Both the position numbers and the translations under genes were made by a program. Shown here piece by piece: positions 26,701 to 38,702 of a stretch of 64,000 nucleotides of DNA; within the stretch, counting starts at the first letter, position 1; each line of letters starts with the position of its first letter. Where the stretch lies: assembly GCF_040938485.1 (NCBI RefSeq), contig NW_027270911.1, forward strand, positions 682,001-746,000, written 5' to 3'. The notes below the pieces were generated by a model that did no database searches, was not told the origin of the DNA, and worked only from the letters and a program-made list of their open reading frames with translations. This stretch comes from Diadema antillarum. Its lineage: Eukaryota.

Positions 26701-29700
26701 AATTCTTACTGAGCACTGTAATGAAGACATGTTTGGGTTATAGTTCTGCAAAATCATGTCCTCTGTGGATATTGTACAAAGTGTGACAGCAATATCTGGA
26801 CCCATCAAAGTGTCGTCTAATTTTCTGTGTAAATAAACGGGAAAAAAGGTTCCAACTGCTAGTCATTAGATGGAATGTAGATTTCAATCTTACTCTTTTG
26901 AATCTCATGAATGTCTGCACTCTGATTAATCTTTGTGTTTGCACTCAGCTCACTACACCCCCAGGGAAGACCCAATCAGAACGCAGGAAAGCAGTGGCCA
27001 ACGAGCTGCTGGAAACTCAGCGTGTCTACGTGCGCAGGCTGAACATCGTCCACAACGTCTACTACCAGAGACTCGCGGCGGCGCTGCGGTCGAATCACGC
27101 CATCATCGGTCAGACAAACCTCAATCTCATCTTCACCGACCCAAACAACATTCTCAGCGCAACAAAGTGAGTTTGAGTTGGAAGTCATCTTGCATTACCA
27201 TTGAAGAAGCTATTAAGAATGTGAGCAACCAGGACCAATAGCTGTGAAGACTAATTCACACCATCTAGTAAATACAACTGAGTTCTATGTGATCTCTGCT
27301 GCTCTGACCAAAGAAGAAAATCAATAATATGTCAATATGTCGCAAGTCCATGTTCATATCTGTTTTTAATCAACCGGTCCGTTGTGGTCAATTACACAAG
27401 ATGACTGACATACATGCTGTATGAGTGTGCTGAACAAATACTTAAAGTCTAGTGCATGTTGCTTTAAATCAATGCAGAATCACCTGACTCGAGTGCATGT
27501 TTGCCATTGGCTATATTGGGTCTAGGGCAATTGTCCCTTGCCCTGACCCTAACCCTAATCCTGAACCTAATCCTAACCCTAACCCAAACTCTCACCCTAA
27601 ACCTAACCCTAACCCTAATCTTTACTCTAACCTTATCACCAACTAGTATTTAGCAAGGGGAAGGGGGGGGGGGGGGGGGAGGTAATTGTCCACAGGGGGT
27701 AATTGCCCTGATACAGCTACATCCTTCAACTTATCCTATGAAATGTCACCCCCCCCCCCCTTTACACCTACCTGGTGCGTTTACCCTTTCTCCCCTCCCA
27801 CCCCCCTCCCCTTCCCCTCCCAGGGGTCTCTATGAGGAGCTGAAGGGACGCCTGGAGAGCTGGAGTGCCCAGCAGTGCCTGGGGGACTGCTTCGTCAAGT
27901 TCCAGTCTAAACTCAAGGCCTACACCAACTTCCACAACAACTATGCAATCATTCTCTCAACCATCGACAAGGTCAGCTTGCTTTGCCTGTTAACCTGTTA
28001 AGGACGGGCTAATTTTGCTACAACATGCATTTCCCATAGACACTTGCCCGAGTATACTCCGGACTCATCCCCAATGGGTTAAAGTGAAAACATAGTTCAC
28101 ATACACCTGTAGAGACTGTTGAATTTTACTTTATACTGGAGACATATGCAAAAGAAATGTGTGATGACGCTTTGATAACACAATTTCAATTGGGTAGTGA
28201 CGAAAATGTGAAATATTACTCAAAAAGGTACACCAGAAGTATTGTCATCTAAGGGCACACCAGATCGTGGTTGTTACATGATGTTTTATATTCAGTGACA
28301 TCGATTACAATATATCAGGCCATAGCAGTATCCGTCATGCGAGAGTGAATCGCATACTGCAGCTTGTGAGCTGCATGTGATTAAGTGCTACACTGCTAGG
28401 GCACAATTTGGTCATCTTGTACTGGTAACGTTCTACCAAACCACTGCCGCATGGGGATCGCGCTTCAGGAATAGAAGTTGTCTAATACTACCACTGAAAC
28501 TATTTTACACTTACGATCTCTACTCCAAAAACAACTCATCCTGGCAGATCATGTCAGCCGGACAAGTTTCTTGATTGACCCTTTCGATATGTGACGTATG
28601 GTACATGTAGGTATTGGATTGTTATATTGTAGTGATTTTTTATGAAATTTTAGTGATATACTTTCACATGAATTGATGGATTGTAGTAATTGTTGTATTA
28701 GTGAATGACATGAGAAGAACGCTTTAAAGATTACAGTGAAAGACCATATTCCAAGCTTAGTTTCGCTCCACCTTTGTTAGTTTGAAAATTAAAAACAAAA
28801 AAATATTTGCCTTTGAAATAGAATGGCAAATTTTTATCACATAGTCTCTCTGGGGGGCTTATCATAAACGTATACATAGACTATATGCAACTAATAGCAT
28901 CAGCTAAGTAGTTTGTTGCTGATGTATGAAAACTGTGGCACAATTTTTGTGCTGAAAATTATTGTATTTCAAACAGACAAGTTCCATCCAGCTGCTTCCT
29001 TTTTTCACTCATTCAGTGCCGAGAACAAGAACCGTCATTCCGGGCCTTCCTGAAACAGCACGATTGCTCAGCGGCCAGCGAAATGATGACTCTGGACGAG
29101 CTGTTGCTAGGCGTGGCCCACCACATCCATCACTACATCCGCCTCCTGCTGGCCCTTCACCACGCCACGCCCGACGACCACCCTGACAACGGTGACTTGC
29201 TGACGGCCATTGAGACCTTCCGGCAGCTCCAGGGTATCATTGATCAGGTGAGGAGTTGATGATGACTCCTGACCGATGACACAACATTTGCTCCTGTGAC
29301 AATTACTCTCGTCTTATTTTCTCCAGGAACTTAGAGTTAGGGTTGTGATAGGGTTTTAGGTTTAGTTTGATCTAAAGATTAGGATTAGGGTTTATGTTTG
29401 TGGGTAGAATTTATGTTTGGCTTAGAGTGCAGATATTGCATGGGAGCAATTGTCGCAGGAGCAAATGTCATGGAACCCTCCCGACCACAGTGAGATGATT
29501 TCAGCACTATACATGTAGATGAAGCAGTCACTGTAACTATCACTTGAGTTTTTTTTTTTTTAGGGGGGGGGGGAACTCCATGAAATTTGGAACAATGTTG
29601 ACACTGTTCTGCTTCTCACCTTGTGATATATATAATAATATTTCACTCTTAGACCCACACGTTCAGTTTGTGCAGAATTGTGTGTGTGTGTTTGTGCACA

Positions 29701-32700
29701 TATATACATATTATATGTTTACTGTGAATCTTAAATGCATAATGTCAACGTGGAAGCATATTTTATGAAATATCATAAAAAAGATTATATAATTTCATGC
29801 TGTTTGATTTACTAGTTGTGTTCATCATCATGTATCACATTGCAAGTGCTTTGTTAGAGGTGATATAGAAGTGGAGGAGACAGAATTTTCTCAATTCCAG
29901 CCTAATTTGGCTACACTTTTTTTGAGGTCCTTATAGAAGGGCAAGCAATTTTTTTTTTCCAAATCAGTATCCCTGACTCTCTCTTTCTTTATCTCTCTAT
30001 CTCTCTATCTATCTATCTATCTATCGCTATCTCCCTATCTGTCTATCTATNNNNNNNNNNNNNNNNNNNNNNNNNNNNNNNNNNNNNNNNNNNNNNNNNN
30101 NNNNNNNNNNNNNNNNNNNNNNNNNNNNNNNNNNNNNNNNNNNNNNNNNNNNNNNNNNNNNNNNNNNNNNNNNNNNNNNNNNNNNNNNNNNNNNNNNNNN
30201 NNNNNCCCGTGCATTGGCCGCTAACACAATACAAATTGTATTACGTTAACGGCCAATNNNNNNNNNNNNNNNNNNNNNNNNNNNNNNNNNNNNNNNNNNN
30301 NNNNNNNNNNNNNNNNNNNNNNNNNNNNNNNNNNNNNNNNNNNNNNNNNNNNNNNNNNNNNNNNNNNNNNNNNNNNNNNNNNNNNNNNNNNNNNNNNNNN
30401 NNNNNNNNNNNNNNNNNNNNNNNNNNNNNNNNNNNNATCTATCTATCTGGGTATCTATATACATTGTGTATAATAAATCTATCTATGTCTCTGTAGAACA
30501 AGCAGCGTGGTGAGAGGGAGCGGGTGCTAAAGGGTCTCCAGAAGCGCATCGTTGGCTGCCCCAGCCTCCTGGAGGCCAACCGATTCCTCATCAGGCAGGA
30601 GACTGTGGCACTCCTGGAAGCTGTCACTCTCAGCAAGTCGAGCGACATCCCAAAAGGGTGGGTACCTGCTAGTAAAGTGGATTTGAGTGCAGTAGATAAG
30701 AGTCCCAACAGGGTATGCATTGTAGCTATAAAAGTGTATTTTAGCAGTTAATATACAAATAGTGAATGGTCACGAGTGCAATGATACGAGATTTCACGAC
30801 GAGGTGAAGCCAAGTCAAATAGTGCGTCTCATTATTCACAGAGTGCGAAATCTTGTTCCATTGCACGAGTAAACACTATTTGTTTATACAAGACCTCAGA
30901 CATCAACAGATGTGGTCTGCACAGATTCTTATATTTAGTACAGAAATGGCAACCATATTTTTTTTCTTCAATGGTGAATGAATGGCGCACGCGAGAGTGA
31001 TCGGTTGAAGTTGTTGACGGTAAAATGAGTGATTGAATGTGCACGGGCCTTGTGACTGACTGTGTGCGAGTGCAGCAAGAGGTTTGTTTACTCTAACAGA
31101 GCTGTGCTGTGGAACAAAAACTATGGGTTGATTGTGACTTTATACAGGAGTCAATAGAAGTTGGTGATGTCAGCTGTGCGCTATCCATTTTTGCTCAATC
31201 AAAATTGCACAACTAAACAGCAAGATTGTGCAGTGTCACTTTTAACTGCATGTCACATGATCATATTCATGTATATAGCTCACCAGCAGGAAATGCTCGA
31301 ATATGGATTCATTTTAAAGAGCTTTTGAATCAAGAACAAGTTATCATTGGAGTAATTGTTGCGTTGCTTCAGTTATCATCAGCTTGTTTCTGTGAAGTGA
31401 TGGTATGGTCTGTATGTGACTTTTCATGTAAAGGTTTATTACAAGATTCACAGAAGAGTTATTCTCTGAAAACTTTGTAACATCTGGTGCTCTGACCCAC
31501 TGAGCTATGGCAGGCCCTAGTGCAATGTTTAATCCGAGAAACCCCTAAATTCTCAATTATTGTGTGGTCAGAAACTTACTTAACCCTGATATAAACCCAA
31601 AGGATAGAAATCAACGTTGGAATAATTGCAAGGGATCACCGAAATGATGCAGATCTTTGAATAGTTAATTCTTTAAAATTTCATTTATTTTTCTCCAGGG
31701 CCGTGAAACATGTCAATGACCTCTGTCTCTTCCTGTTCAACGACGCTCTGGTTGTCACCCACCAAGGGTCGCGGCACGTGCCTTACACCCGGCGGTCAGA
31801 GATCTTCTATAAGTTTGTGGTGGCTCTGAGTCTGAGTAGACTCCAGGTGGTGGATGTGCCTGACTCAAAGTGTGAGTATAGAATGCAAGGGGGAGGAAAA
31901 ACTAACCCTTTCTTGTCCCTGGGGTGACAAGATCTTGTATCTCTCTCACAAACCATCATATGGATTTTCAGGACAGAAAAAACACTTTTTTTAATTTTCG
32001 CAGAATGATGAAAATTTGGATGTCAAGTAATATAGAAACATTGTTTTGGATTACATTCATACAAAGTGTACCTATAATGTTTTAAAACTCAAATAAGTAA
32101 TTCTCATATTCAAAATGGAGTTAGGACCTTTTTGAATGTACACATTGTAGCCCACTGAGATATGACCCCCTTGATGCCTCAGTTACATACCACTGTGAGT
32201 CAGTATTCTCTTTCACATGTAGTATCTGTTTCCTGAAAAACTATTTCCAACACACAAGTGATACAATACAATTATTATGTTGTTTCTTTGATTGCTTGTA
32301 GCACAGAAAATAAAACAAAGGTTACAATTCGATGTTCATGCTGTCTTTGTCTGGGCTGTAGATATAGCAAACTAAATCATATGTGTGCTTTTGTTCCTAA
32401 TATTTTGTTCATGAAGGTTAATCAGAGCAGCATGCACGAGCAAAAACTGAATGTTTGTGACATGCTGTGCAGTTGTTATGGACCGATACAGTACAGTATT
32501 TTACAACGGGTAAAACAACAAGAGTTTATTGTTGTGTGGTGTGGTAAAGCTTTGACAAGTCGTGGATTTTTTTTAAAGACACCTTCAAATTTGGGCCTCA
32601 CTTCACAAAAGATGTTAGGATAGCAATTCTTGCTAGAATGCCAACTTCTTGTAGCATCAACCAATCAGGAAGCGGGATTCTTGTCACTACCATGACAATT

Positions 32701-33473
32701 GCCATTACAGGAAGAGTTGCATTCATGAAAGAAAGATATTATTCAGAGGGGTAAAGGTTCAGGTTGCGAGTTTCTTCACTTTGTCTCCCTCTACAAATTA
32801 AACTTGTTAAGATCGCAACTGCTGATCTGTAAATCAATTAACAAACATGTCGGAAAAAGGAACCAGTGGGACTCGAACCTGTCATCTACTGCTTTCCGGG
32901 CAGCGACACTACCACCAGGCTGTCTTTCTTTCATTTAATATGCCTTGTCCGCCTTGGACTACTTAACATAACAATGTCGGAATTTAGGAGCTTGGGTATT
33001 TTGTCCATGTTCGTCGCGTCACTGCCGGCAACCAGGGACAGCCTGGTGGTAGTGTCGCTGCCCGGAAAGCAGTAGATGACAGGTTCGAGTCCCACTGGTT
33101 CCTTTTTCCGACATATTTGTTAATTTACAGATCAGCAGTTGCGATCTTAACAAATTTAATTTGTAGAGGGAGACAAAGTGAAGAAACTCGCACCTGAAGT
33201 TGCATTCATGTCAACTTTTTTTTAACCCGTTCTGGGCCGATGAGTCAAATGTGCATAAATTTTAAACACGTAACCCATGGACAGAAAGTTAATGTGGCTT
33301 GCAGAGGTTTAATGAAATGGACCCATGGCTTTCCATCTCCAGATATCCAGAATGCGATCCAGCTAGTGTCCCCCAAGAAGAGGCTGCTCTGCTCTGCTGA
33401 GGACTACTCCTCCAAGCTATCCCTGCTCAGCGTTCTGGAGGAGGCCGTCCGGGCGGCGCTGGACCTGGACTGA
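12606..33473 (+). CDS. ECT2L: ECT2-like protein (F-box, central DUF4347-like region, RhoGEF DH-PH), 21 coding exons, 1138 aa
   Basis: Exons 12606-12902, 13622-13657, 14530-14769, 15271-15408, 15979-16081, 17424-17632, 18860-18996, 19649-19781, 20384-20499, 21482-21660, 22468-22560, 23322-23513, 23955-24061, 24811-24948, 26194-26430, 26949-27166, 27824-27971, 29017-29247, 30497-30657, 31699-31871 and 33343-33473 total 3417 nt with frame kept throughout. Motifs: WTP...LYLERRDLVAHWFDLWTDSQRK, F-box LPRFLCLHIFSFLDPRSL, WMPKC..GW..PY.P.ENEYG.WK.HYI, RVLLISSEVPAY, DH ELLETQRVYV and PH LFLFNDAL. Extra exons could hide in the N-gaps. Confidence 0.92.
13799..13874. repeat. 40-bp-period direct duplication
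   Basis: catgtttttaccatgaaatgttcaatcaaatcaact occurs twice, 40 bp apart. Confidence 0.9.
15575..15790. repeat. Degenerate (GAT/ATG)n low-complexity tract
   Basis: Repeating gat/atg/gtg trimers. Similar tracts occur at 3640-3800, 23715-23900 and 60700-60780. Confidence 0.8.
16528..17295. mobile_element. Non-autonomous DNA transposon, about 770 bp
   Basis: TIRs atatgtgacccgctacaacaaaatgatcctaaagtcg / cgactttaggacctttttgttgtagcgggtcacatat; no transposase ORF. Confidence 0.8.
18050..18571. mobile_element. Tc1/mariner-pogo-type MITE (CAGTG termini, TA TSD)
   Basis: TA|cagtgcactcctgttacaacgaa ... ttcgttataacgggagtgcactg|TA, with many internal gttataacgaa repeats. Confidence 0.85.
23515..23623. 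repeat. 29-bp minisatellite, about 3.5 copies
   Basis: Unit tgaccagattcaaagggaggcataggtga at 23522, 23551 and 23580, partial at 23609. Confidence 0.9.
25844..25991. mobile_element. PIF/Harbinger-type MITE with internal CCAAT motif
   Basis: TIRs gggacccgtttcataaaacttgt / acaagttttatgaaacgggcccc; central agccaatcag. Confidence 0.75.
27518..27714. mobile_element. MITE with (CCCTAA)n telomere-like core (family B)
   Basis: Ends gggtctagggcaatt / aattgccctgatac, core of cctaaccctaat repeats, decayed 9-bp flanking repeat ggctatatt / agctacatc. Confidence 0.65.
27994..28078. mobile_element. 85-bp piggyBac-type MITE (TTAA TSD), copy 1 of 3
   Basis: TTAA|cctgttaaggacgggct...catttcccatagacacttgcccgagtatactc...caatggg|TTAA. 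Homologous copies at 39284-39368 (inverted) and 46076-46159. Confidence 0.8.
29275..29477. mobile_element. MITE family A, copy 2 (opposite orientation), TTAGGG-like core
   Basis: Reverse complement of 5843-6057; TSD ctcctgacc / ctcccgacc (8 of 9 match). Confidence 0.85.
29985..30050. repeat. (TC)n/(TATC)n microsatellite running into an assembly gap
   Basis: tctc and tatc repeats that resume after the gap at 30437. Confidence 0.85.
30752..30888. mobile_element. Small TIR element
   Basis: Imperfect TIRs tatacaaatagtgaatggtcacgagtgcaatg / cattgcacgagtaaacactatttgtttata. Confidence 0.6.
32591..33225. mobile_element. Harbinger-type MITE split by the tRNA-like foldback insertion
   Basis: 32591-32727 matches the first 130 bp of the intact copy at 35136-35292. 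The remainder (tcaactttt) resumes after 33210. Confidence 0.7.
32728..33197. mobile_element. Unclassified foldback element with two inverted tRNA-like (Pol III B-box) heads and 13-bp TSD
   Basis: Inverted arms 32758-32924 and 33037-33198. GGTTCGAGTCC at 33082-33092 and its reverse complement at 32869-32879. Direct repeat agttgcattcatg at 32715-32727 and 33198-33210. Confidence 0.8.
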
Positions 33474-34480
33474 AGCCCCACCCACTTTGTACCACCCGCT
33501 CGGTGATCTCTATGACCACCGGCCGCCATGATGACAGACTTCGCTGGCAGGGACGCGTAGATTTCTACGTTGAAAGTAGCAGACTGCCATGTGAGGACTT
33601 CGGCACTTAACACACATCACATTCTTCCCCTTACCGCTATATATATATGTACCCTGGCCAGTCAAGAATGCATCTCTCCTGATTATGTTGTCACCCTAAA
33701 TCTAGCCACTCTGCTCACATGAGATATCCGTCATGGCGTGTTTGGGAACGTGATGGTTATGTTCACTCCTTGTGGATTTGCGTCCACCAGAATTTACAGA
33801 AGACTTCTGTGGACATCTTACAGAAATGAACTGTAATGACATACATGACCAGTCAACACAAACATTGTATTTGCCAAGTTGTTGTTTTTAAAGACATACA
33901 CACACACACACAAAAAAAAAATTGTTCAAGGGAATGCAGTGTGCCATTTTCAAATGTTTTGGTGAAGAAAGCCTTACCCCCATTTGTGGTGGTAGTAAAA
34001 GGGGTTTTGTGAGATGAGTGATGGAATTTCTTGGAGTAGTGGGATGGGTATATTGCAACTAAACTCTGAGCAGAATAGAAGTGTTCACAATGTCCAAATC
34101 CAGCATTTGGTGGGTGCATGTGTATCTCTCCACAAAATTTAAGTGTGTGATGCCTATCAAGACTGGGCAGCTATGCCACAGATTACAGGCTGAAAAGATG
34201 AAGACTAACATTTTCGCTTGTATCCTCAAGCAAGCTGGTGGGAGGGGCTCTTCTCAGCTGAGGTATTATACGTAGCCTTCCATGTTTTAGCTGCTTACCT
34301 ATCTATCTAAAAACTATTCCAAGATTTCTTCTTGCAACTTCCAGGTAGACATACTCACAGTCTCGTTATGCAGTGCATTTACCATGTATTCAAGTTTACA
34401 GGTGGGTTAAAGCGAAGTTTGAGGCCAAGTTGATGTTCCAGATTGTTCACAGAGACTGATTCTCTGTTTGGGATTTAGAG

Positions 34481-34990
34481 TACTGTAAACGTGGAAATTT
34501 TCGCGGATTTCGCGCTACGCTCGGCTAGCGCGAATTAAAAAACGCGCGAATATATCTTCACAATTTTCTACGCACATTTTGAACGGGATGAATTGTGTGC
34601 GCTTCATCGATGATACTGCTACGTAGTACAATGTACAGGCATGTTTACGCTACTAGTACTGTGCGAAGAGGCGATACCCTAGATTGCTGTGTACTGTAGA
34701 ATGCATGTGTGCACCGCACGCATCGATGCTACAGTCCCCGGTGACTACGGTACTAGAGTCACAGCTGTACTACGTATTTGAGTGCTTGTACTCGCAGTCG
34801 AGCCGCTCGCTACGTCGCTTGTCGTACGCTGGCATAGCAAGCTATGTAGCAGAGGCTTTGGATGAAAGCAGTGAATGTGTACTACAGTAAAGTAACCTGC
34901 TGCGGAGCGCGAATTTAAGAACCCGCGAATACGTTTTCGAGCCGCTCAGCGCGAAAAATTAATCGCGCGAAAATATTGACGTTTACAGTA
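34481..34990. mobile_element. TACTGTA-terminated MITE with CGCGAA-rich subterminal repeats
   Basis: tactgtaaacgt...ttttcgcg at the left end, cgcgaaaat...acgtttacagta at the right end. Confidence 0.8.
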
Positions 34991-35135
34991 TTGTAGAATG
35001 AATGTAGTCTTCAAGCTGTGATTGTTGTGGTCTTGTTGTACATACTGAGCAATATGTTTAGTGCCTTGAATACAGGATTGATACATGTGATGGGATAGAG
35101 GTATGATGTGTGTTTGGTTGTGAGAGACTCTCCAG

Positions 35136-35292
35136 GGCCCCATTTCATAAAAGATGTTAGGATAGCAACTCTTGCTAGAATGGCAATTTCCCATAGCAAC
35201 AGCCAATCAGGAAGCTGGATTCTTGTCATTACCATGACAATTGCCATTCCAGCAAGAGTTGCTATCATATCAACTTTTTATGAAATGGGGCC
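35136..35292. mobile_element. PIF/Harbinger-type MITE (3-bp TSD CAG)
   Basis: TIRs ggccccatttcataaaag / cttttatgaaatggggcc, flanked by cag at 35133-35135 and 35293-35295. Confidence 0.85.
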
Positions 35293-35405
35293 CAGGTATA
35301 CCATTACGAAGGGAGGTGCTCCCTTTTGAGAAGCATCGGAAAACACTGAAACCAAGATGCGGAATGTTAATGCAACAATATGACAGTCATGTTTGCACTG
35401 TCTGT

Positions 35406-36025
35406 CGGCCTTGAGATGGCAAAACAAAGTATCTACATCCAACATCATTTCCAGCAAATCGAATTTGAAGTTTCGCAAACCTACAGCTCTTTTTCTGTTT
35501 CCGTTAAACACTTCATATCTTACCCTAGAAGGACCAACAGTATCAGTAATACAGTGAATGCAAATTGTTTTCACGAGAACCTGTATTTTTTTAATAATTT
35601 GCATTTAATGAAAACATACATTGTTTTGCCGTCTCAACATAACCACGCTGTTGCCATTGATATGGCAAAACAATGTAAGTCTCGATCACTGGCATGCATA
35701 TAATGTCCTACAACGTCACTATGCGCTCGCTTCTGTAGGCGCGCGCAGCCTATTACTGCGTAAACATGTAGATACGTTGTTTTGCCAAGTCCATGCCCGA
35801 CGTGTGTTGAGCAGAGGCAAGCATATCGCCGCTTATGTTGTTTTGCCGACAAAATTTGAACAATTCCCACTGGGAGGGAGCATCATATCTCAGTAACGGA
35901 ATGGGTTCTGATTTCAAGACTTGGTCAAGACTTGGATTATACTAAAATAGGCTGAAATATGTGACTACACTGTAAGTCAATTTTCATGAATTTTTGACAT
36001 ACATTGTTTTGCCATCTCAAGGCCG
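35406..36025. mobile_element. 620-bp TIR element
   Basis: 27-bp TIRs cggccttgagatggcaaaacaaagtat / atacattgttttgccatctcaaggccg (one mismatch), with internal tgttttgcc repeats. Confidence 0.8.
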
Positions 36026-38460
36026 CTATGTATATTTGTATTTGCCCTCTTCCAGATTTCCTGCATATTGATGGGAGATCAAATTCTTTGCAGTGGATGT
36101 ATTTTTTAAAAAAAGAACAAAAGAACAATAAAAGAGCACAGTGTATACCGTGTTGATTTTGTGTTTTGTTCAAACATTATCATACTTCATATGATTTCAT
36201 TTTTTTATGCAGATGGAGGATCATCAACTCCCATCTTAAAAGACCTCTAATACTTTCCTGTTGTTGTTTTTGTTCTGAAGTAAAGACAGGTTTATTAAGC
36301 CCAATATTGGCAGAAACATCTATCTATACAATGTACATACAAGCAAAAGAAAGAAAAAGCAAAACAAGAAAACATCATGTCTTACCTCAGAGAGAATGGA
36401 TGCAGCACTGACAGTTTACAAGATGATGAAATGGACATTCGTTGATACCATGTTGTTTCAGGTATTAAAAAAAGAAGGAATGATGACTGTAACATTTATA
36501 TATTTTTTAATCCATGAAAGAAAAGGAAAATTGAAAATCTTTATAAGATACTGACCTAGTGCTATGTAGAAACTGATGGTTTGAAATTTCATGGAATGTT
36601 GAGAAGTATAATATGTTTTATACAGTAATTTGGGGGAAATGCAATTTGAGTATGCAACTGGTCTTGAACTAGAAACGTGGGTATTTTTTAATTTCTTTTG
36701 AAGTGAAATTCGGCAATGAGATTGTCAGAATATATTGACATATACAGTACATGTAATTATGCATGCTGAAGTCAAATCTGACAAGGCTTGCTCTAAAGCC
36801 AAATTAAATGTGATAAATTGTACATAATAGGAAATCCTCTAATATGGAGGATTATGAAGTACAACGATAATTTTTGGCGACACTATCATTCTTTGCATTT
36901 TTACATCGCATGTCCAACTTTCCAACTGCATGTTTAAAAAAATTGCAAGTGCTGATACATTTCCACCTGTACAAAGTGTCATCATCAGTCAGTATATCAT
37001 TTGGTCAGTTTTAGTTGCATTTTCATATTCCCTCCTGCATTACACTGGTGTCTATAGTTCAAAGCGTCTTTTGTTTTCATTCCAGTTTTACATGGTGCAG
37101 TTAAATAGTGTCAGAGGAAGACAAAAATATTTGGTATTAGATGTGGATAGAGGAGAGAGGGAGAGAGAGAGGGAGAAAGATAGAGGGTAAGGGAAATTTA
37201 AAAAGATATTGGGGAATAAGGAATTTATGTTCGATACATAAGTATGTTCAACTGGATTTTGTCCATTTCTAGGATCACACGTTCAAACATCTGCTATTCA
37301 GTATCAATTAATGTATATATTGTACATTCATTCAGATTTGTTTAATCAATGGAGATGTGATTCATTTAATTTATCATTGCTCTGTTATTTGCCAGCACTT
37401 GTAAATGGAAAACCATCAAGCATGTTGAGCTCCATCTGTGTGCTAAGCTTAATTATTTTATCTCATATCAAAGTTGTGGAGTGTATTATGGCATAATGCT
37501 CTACTGTACATTAACTTTTGATGAATTACTCAAAGTTTCTGTGCCTCCTTACAAGTGCTGAAGGTGTGATTTTTAGACTATTTAATATCAATGAGTATTT
37601 GAATTGACACTGAAATAATTGTATGAAATTTCATGTGAATCGATTTTTAAAATGACTGTATTATAAAGTTGTCATATATAGTGTGCTGTGTGTAATATCA
37701 GTGGTTTAAAACTGCATTGCATACGATTCCTAAATTATGAATGAATTTACCAACTATGGTCTATTGTGATTATTCCTTCAGTCAACTTTTATGGCTATTA
37801 CATGTGTCTACTTTTTTTTTCTTGATGTGGAAGTTTATCACTATGTTTGCTGTGAATTATCAAATAGAAACTCATTAATGTGATGAAATGCCACCATTGT
37901 AGAATATTCTCTGTCATCTGAATAGACAGCGTGCATTTGTTCAAGTATTTGCCTGTGAAAATGTAAAATTGTTTTGCTTTGTTTTTTAACACATGTCACC
38001 AGTTGTTCAAACCGATGTGACTGGATACATATGTGATGCAAATTCCGTCTAAGCCGAAACTTTGATTGCAAAGGAGCAAAGTTATTGAAAGTTAAAAGAT
38101 AGACTTTTAAGGCATGTATGTCTTGCCTTCATTTGTGTTTTCTCAGCCTGAAGAACATTCCAGATGACAGTGCGAAGTGGAATGTTATGTGGCTATATAT
38201 CTGTACAAATATTTTACTCAAGCACTTAATAGCAGGATGTTTGACATCAAGGAACAAATTCCTTGTTGAAGCTTAAACATATTTTTGTACCAGTATGCAC
38301 TAGTGACTCTTGTGTCAGACCAACATCGGGTATTGGAGCTGTCCCGGTCTTTGATCAAATCTATTGTACAACTTATCCGTCAAACTGGATGTTGTGTGTA
38401 TCAAACAGTGCCGTGGCTTGACAATTCACTTCCCATGTTGTCATATCATGCACTGTATAT

Positions 38461-38702
38461 TACTGTATACGCCATATATTTCGCGAGTCTAAATTTTCGT
38501 GGATCAGGAATTCCCGATGATTTCGTGAGTGGTTGAATTCGCGATAATGGAGTCCTGTACTGAACAGAGAAATGTACACGCATATGTCACATTCACATCG
38601 GGATCAGTCAATATTTTCGCGTGTCTTTAATTTTGCGAATAGCACCTGACTCGCGAAATTCGCGAAAATAAAAACCTCGCGAAATATTCGCCGTATACAA
38701 TA
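38461..38702. mobile_element. TACTGTATAC-terminated MITE, copy 1
   Basis: tactgtatacgccatatatttcgcgagt ... cctcgcgaaatattcgccgtatacaata; closely similar to 42076-42318. Confidence 0.85.

Noticed and set aside
33030-33100. Functional tRNA-Ser(GGA) gene
   Set aside because: The T-stem and D-arm pair poorly, there is no long Ser variable arm, and it is part of an inverted-repeat insertion with a TSD. Treated as tRNA-derived repeat sequence.
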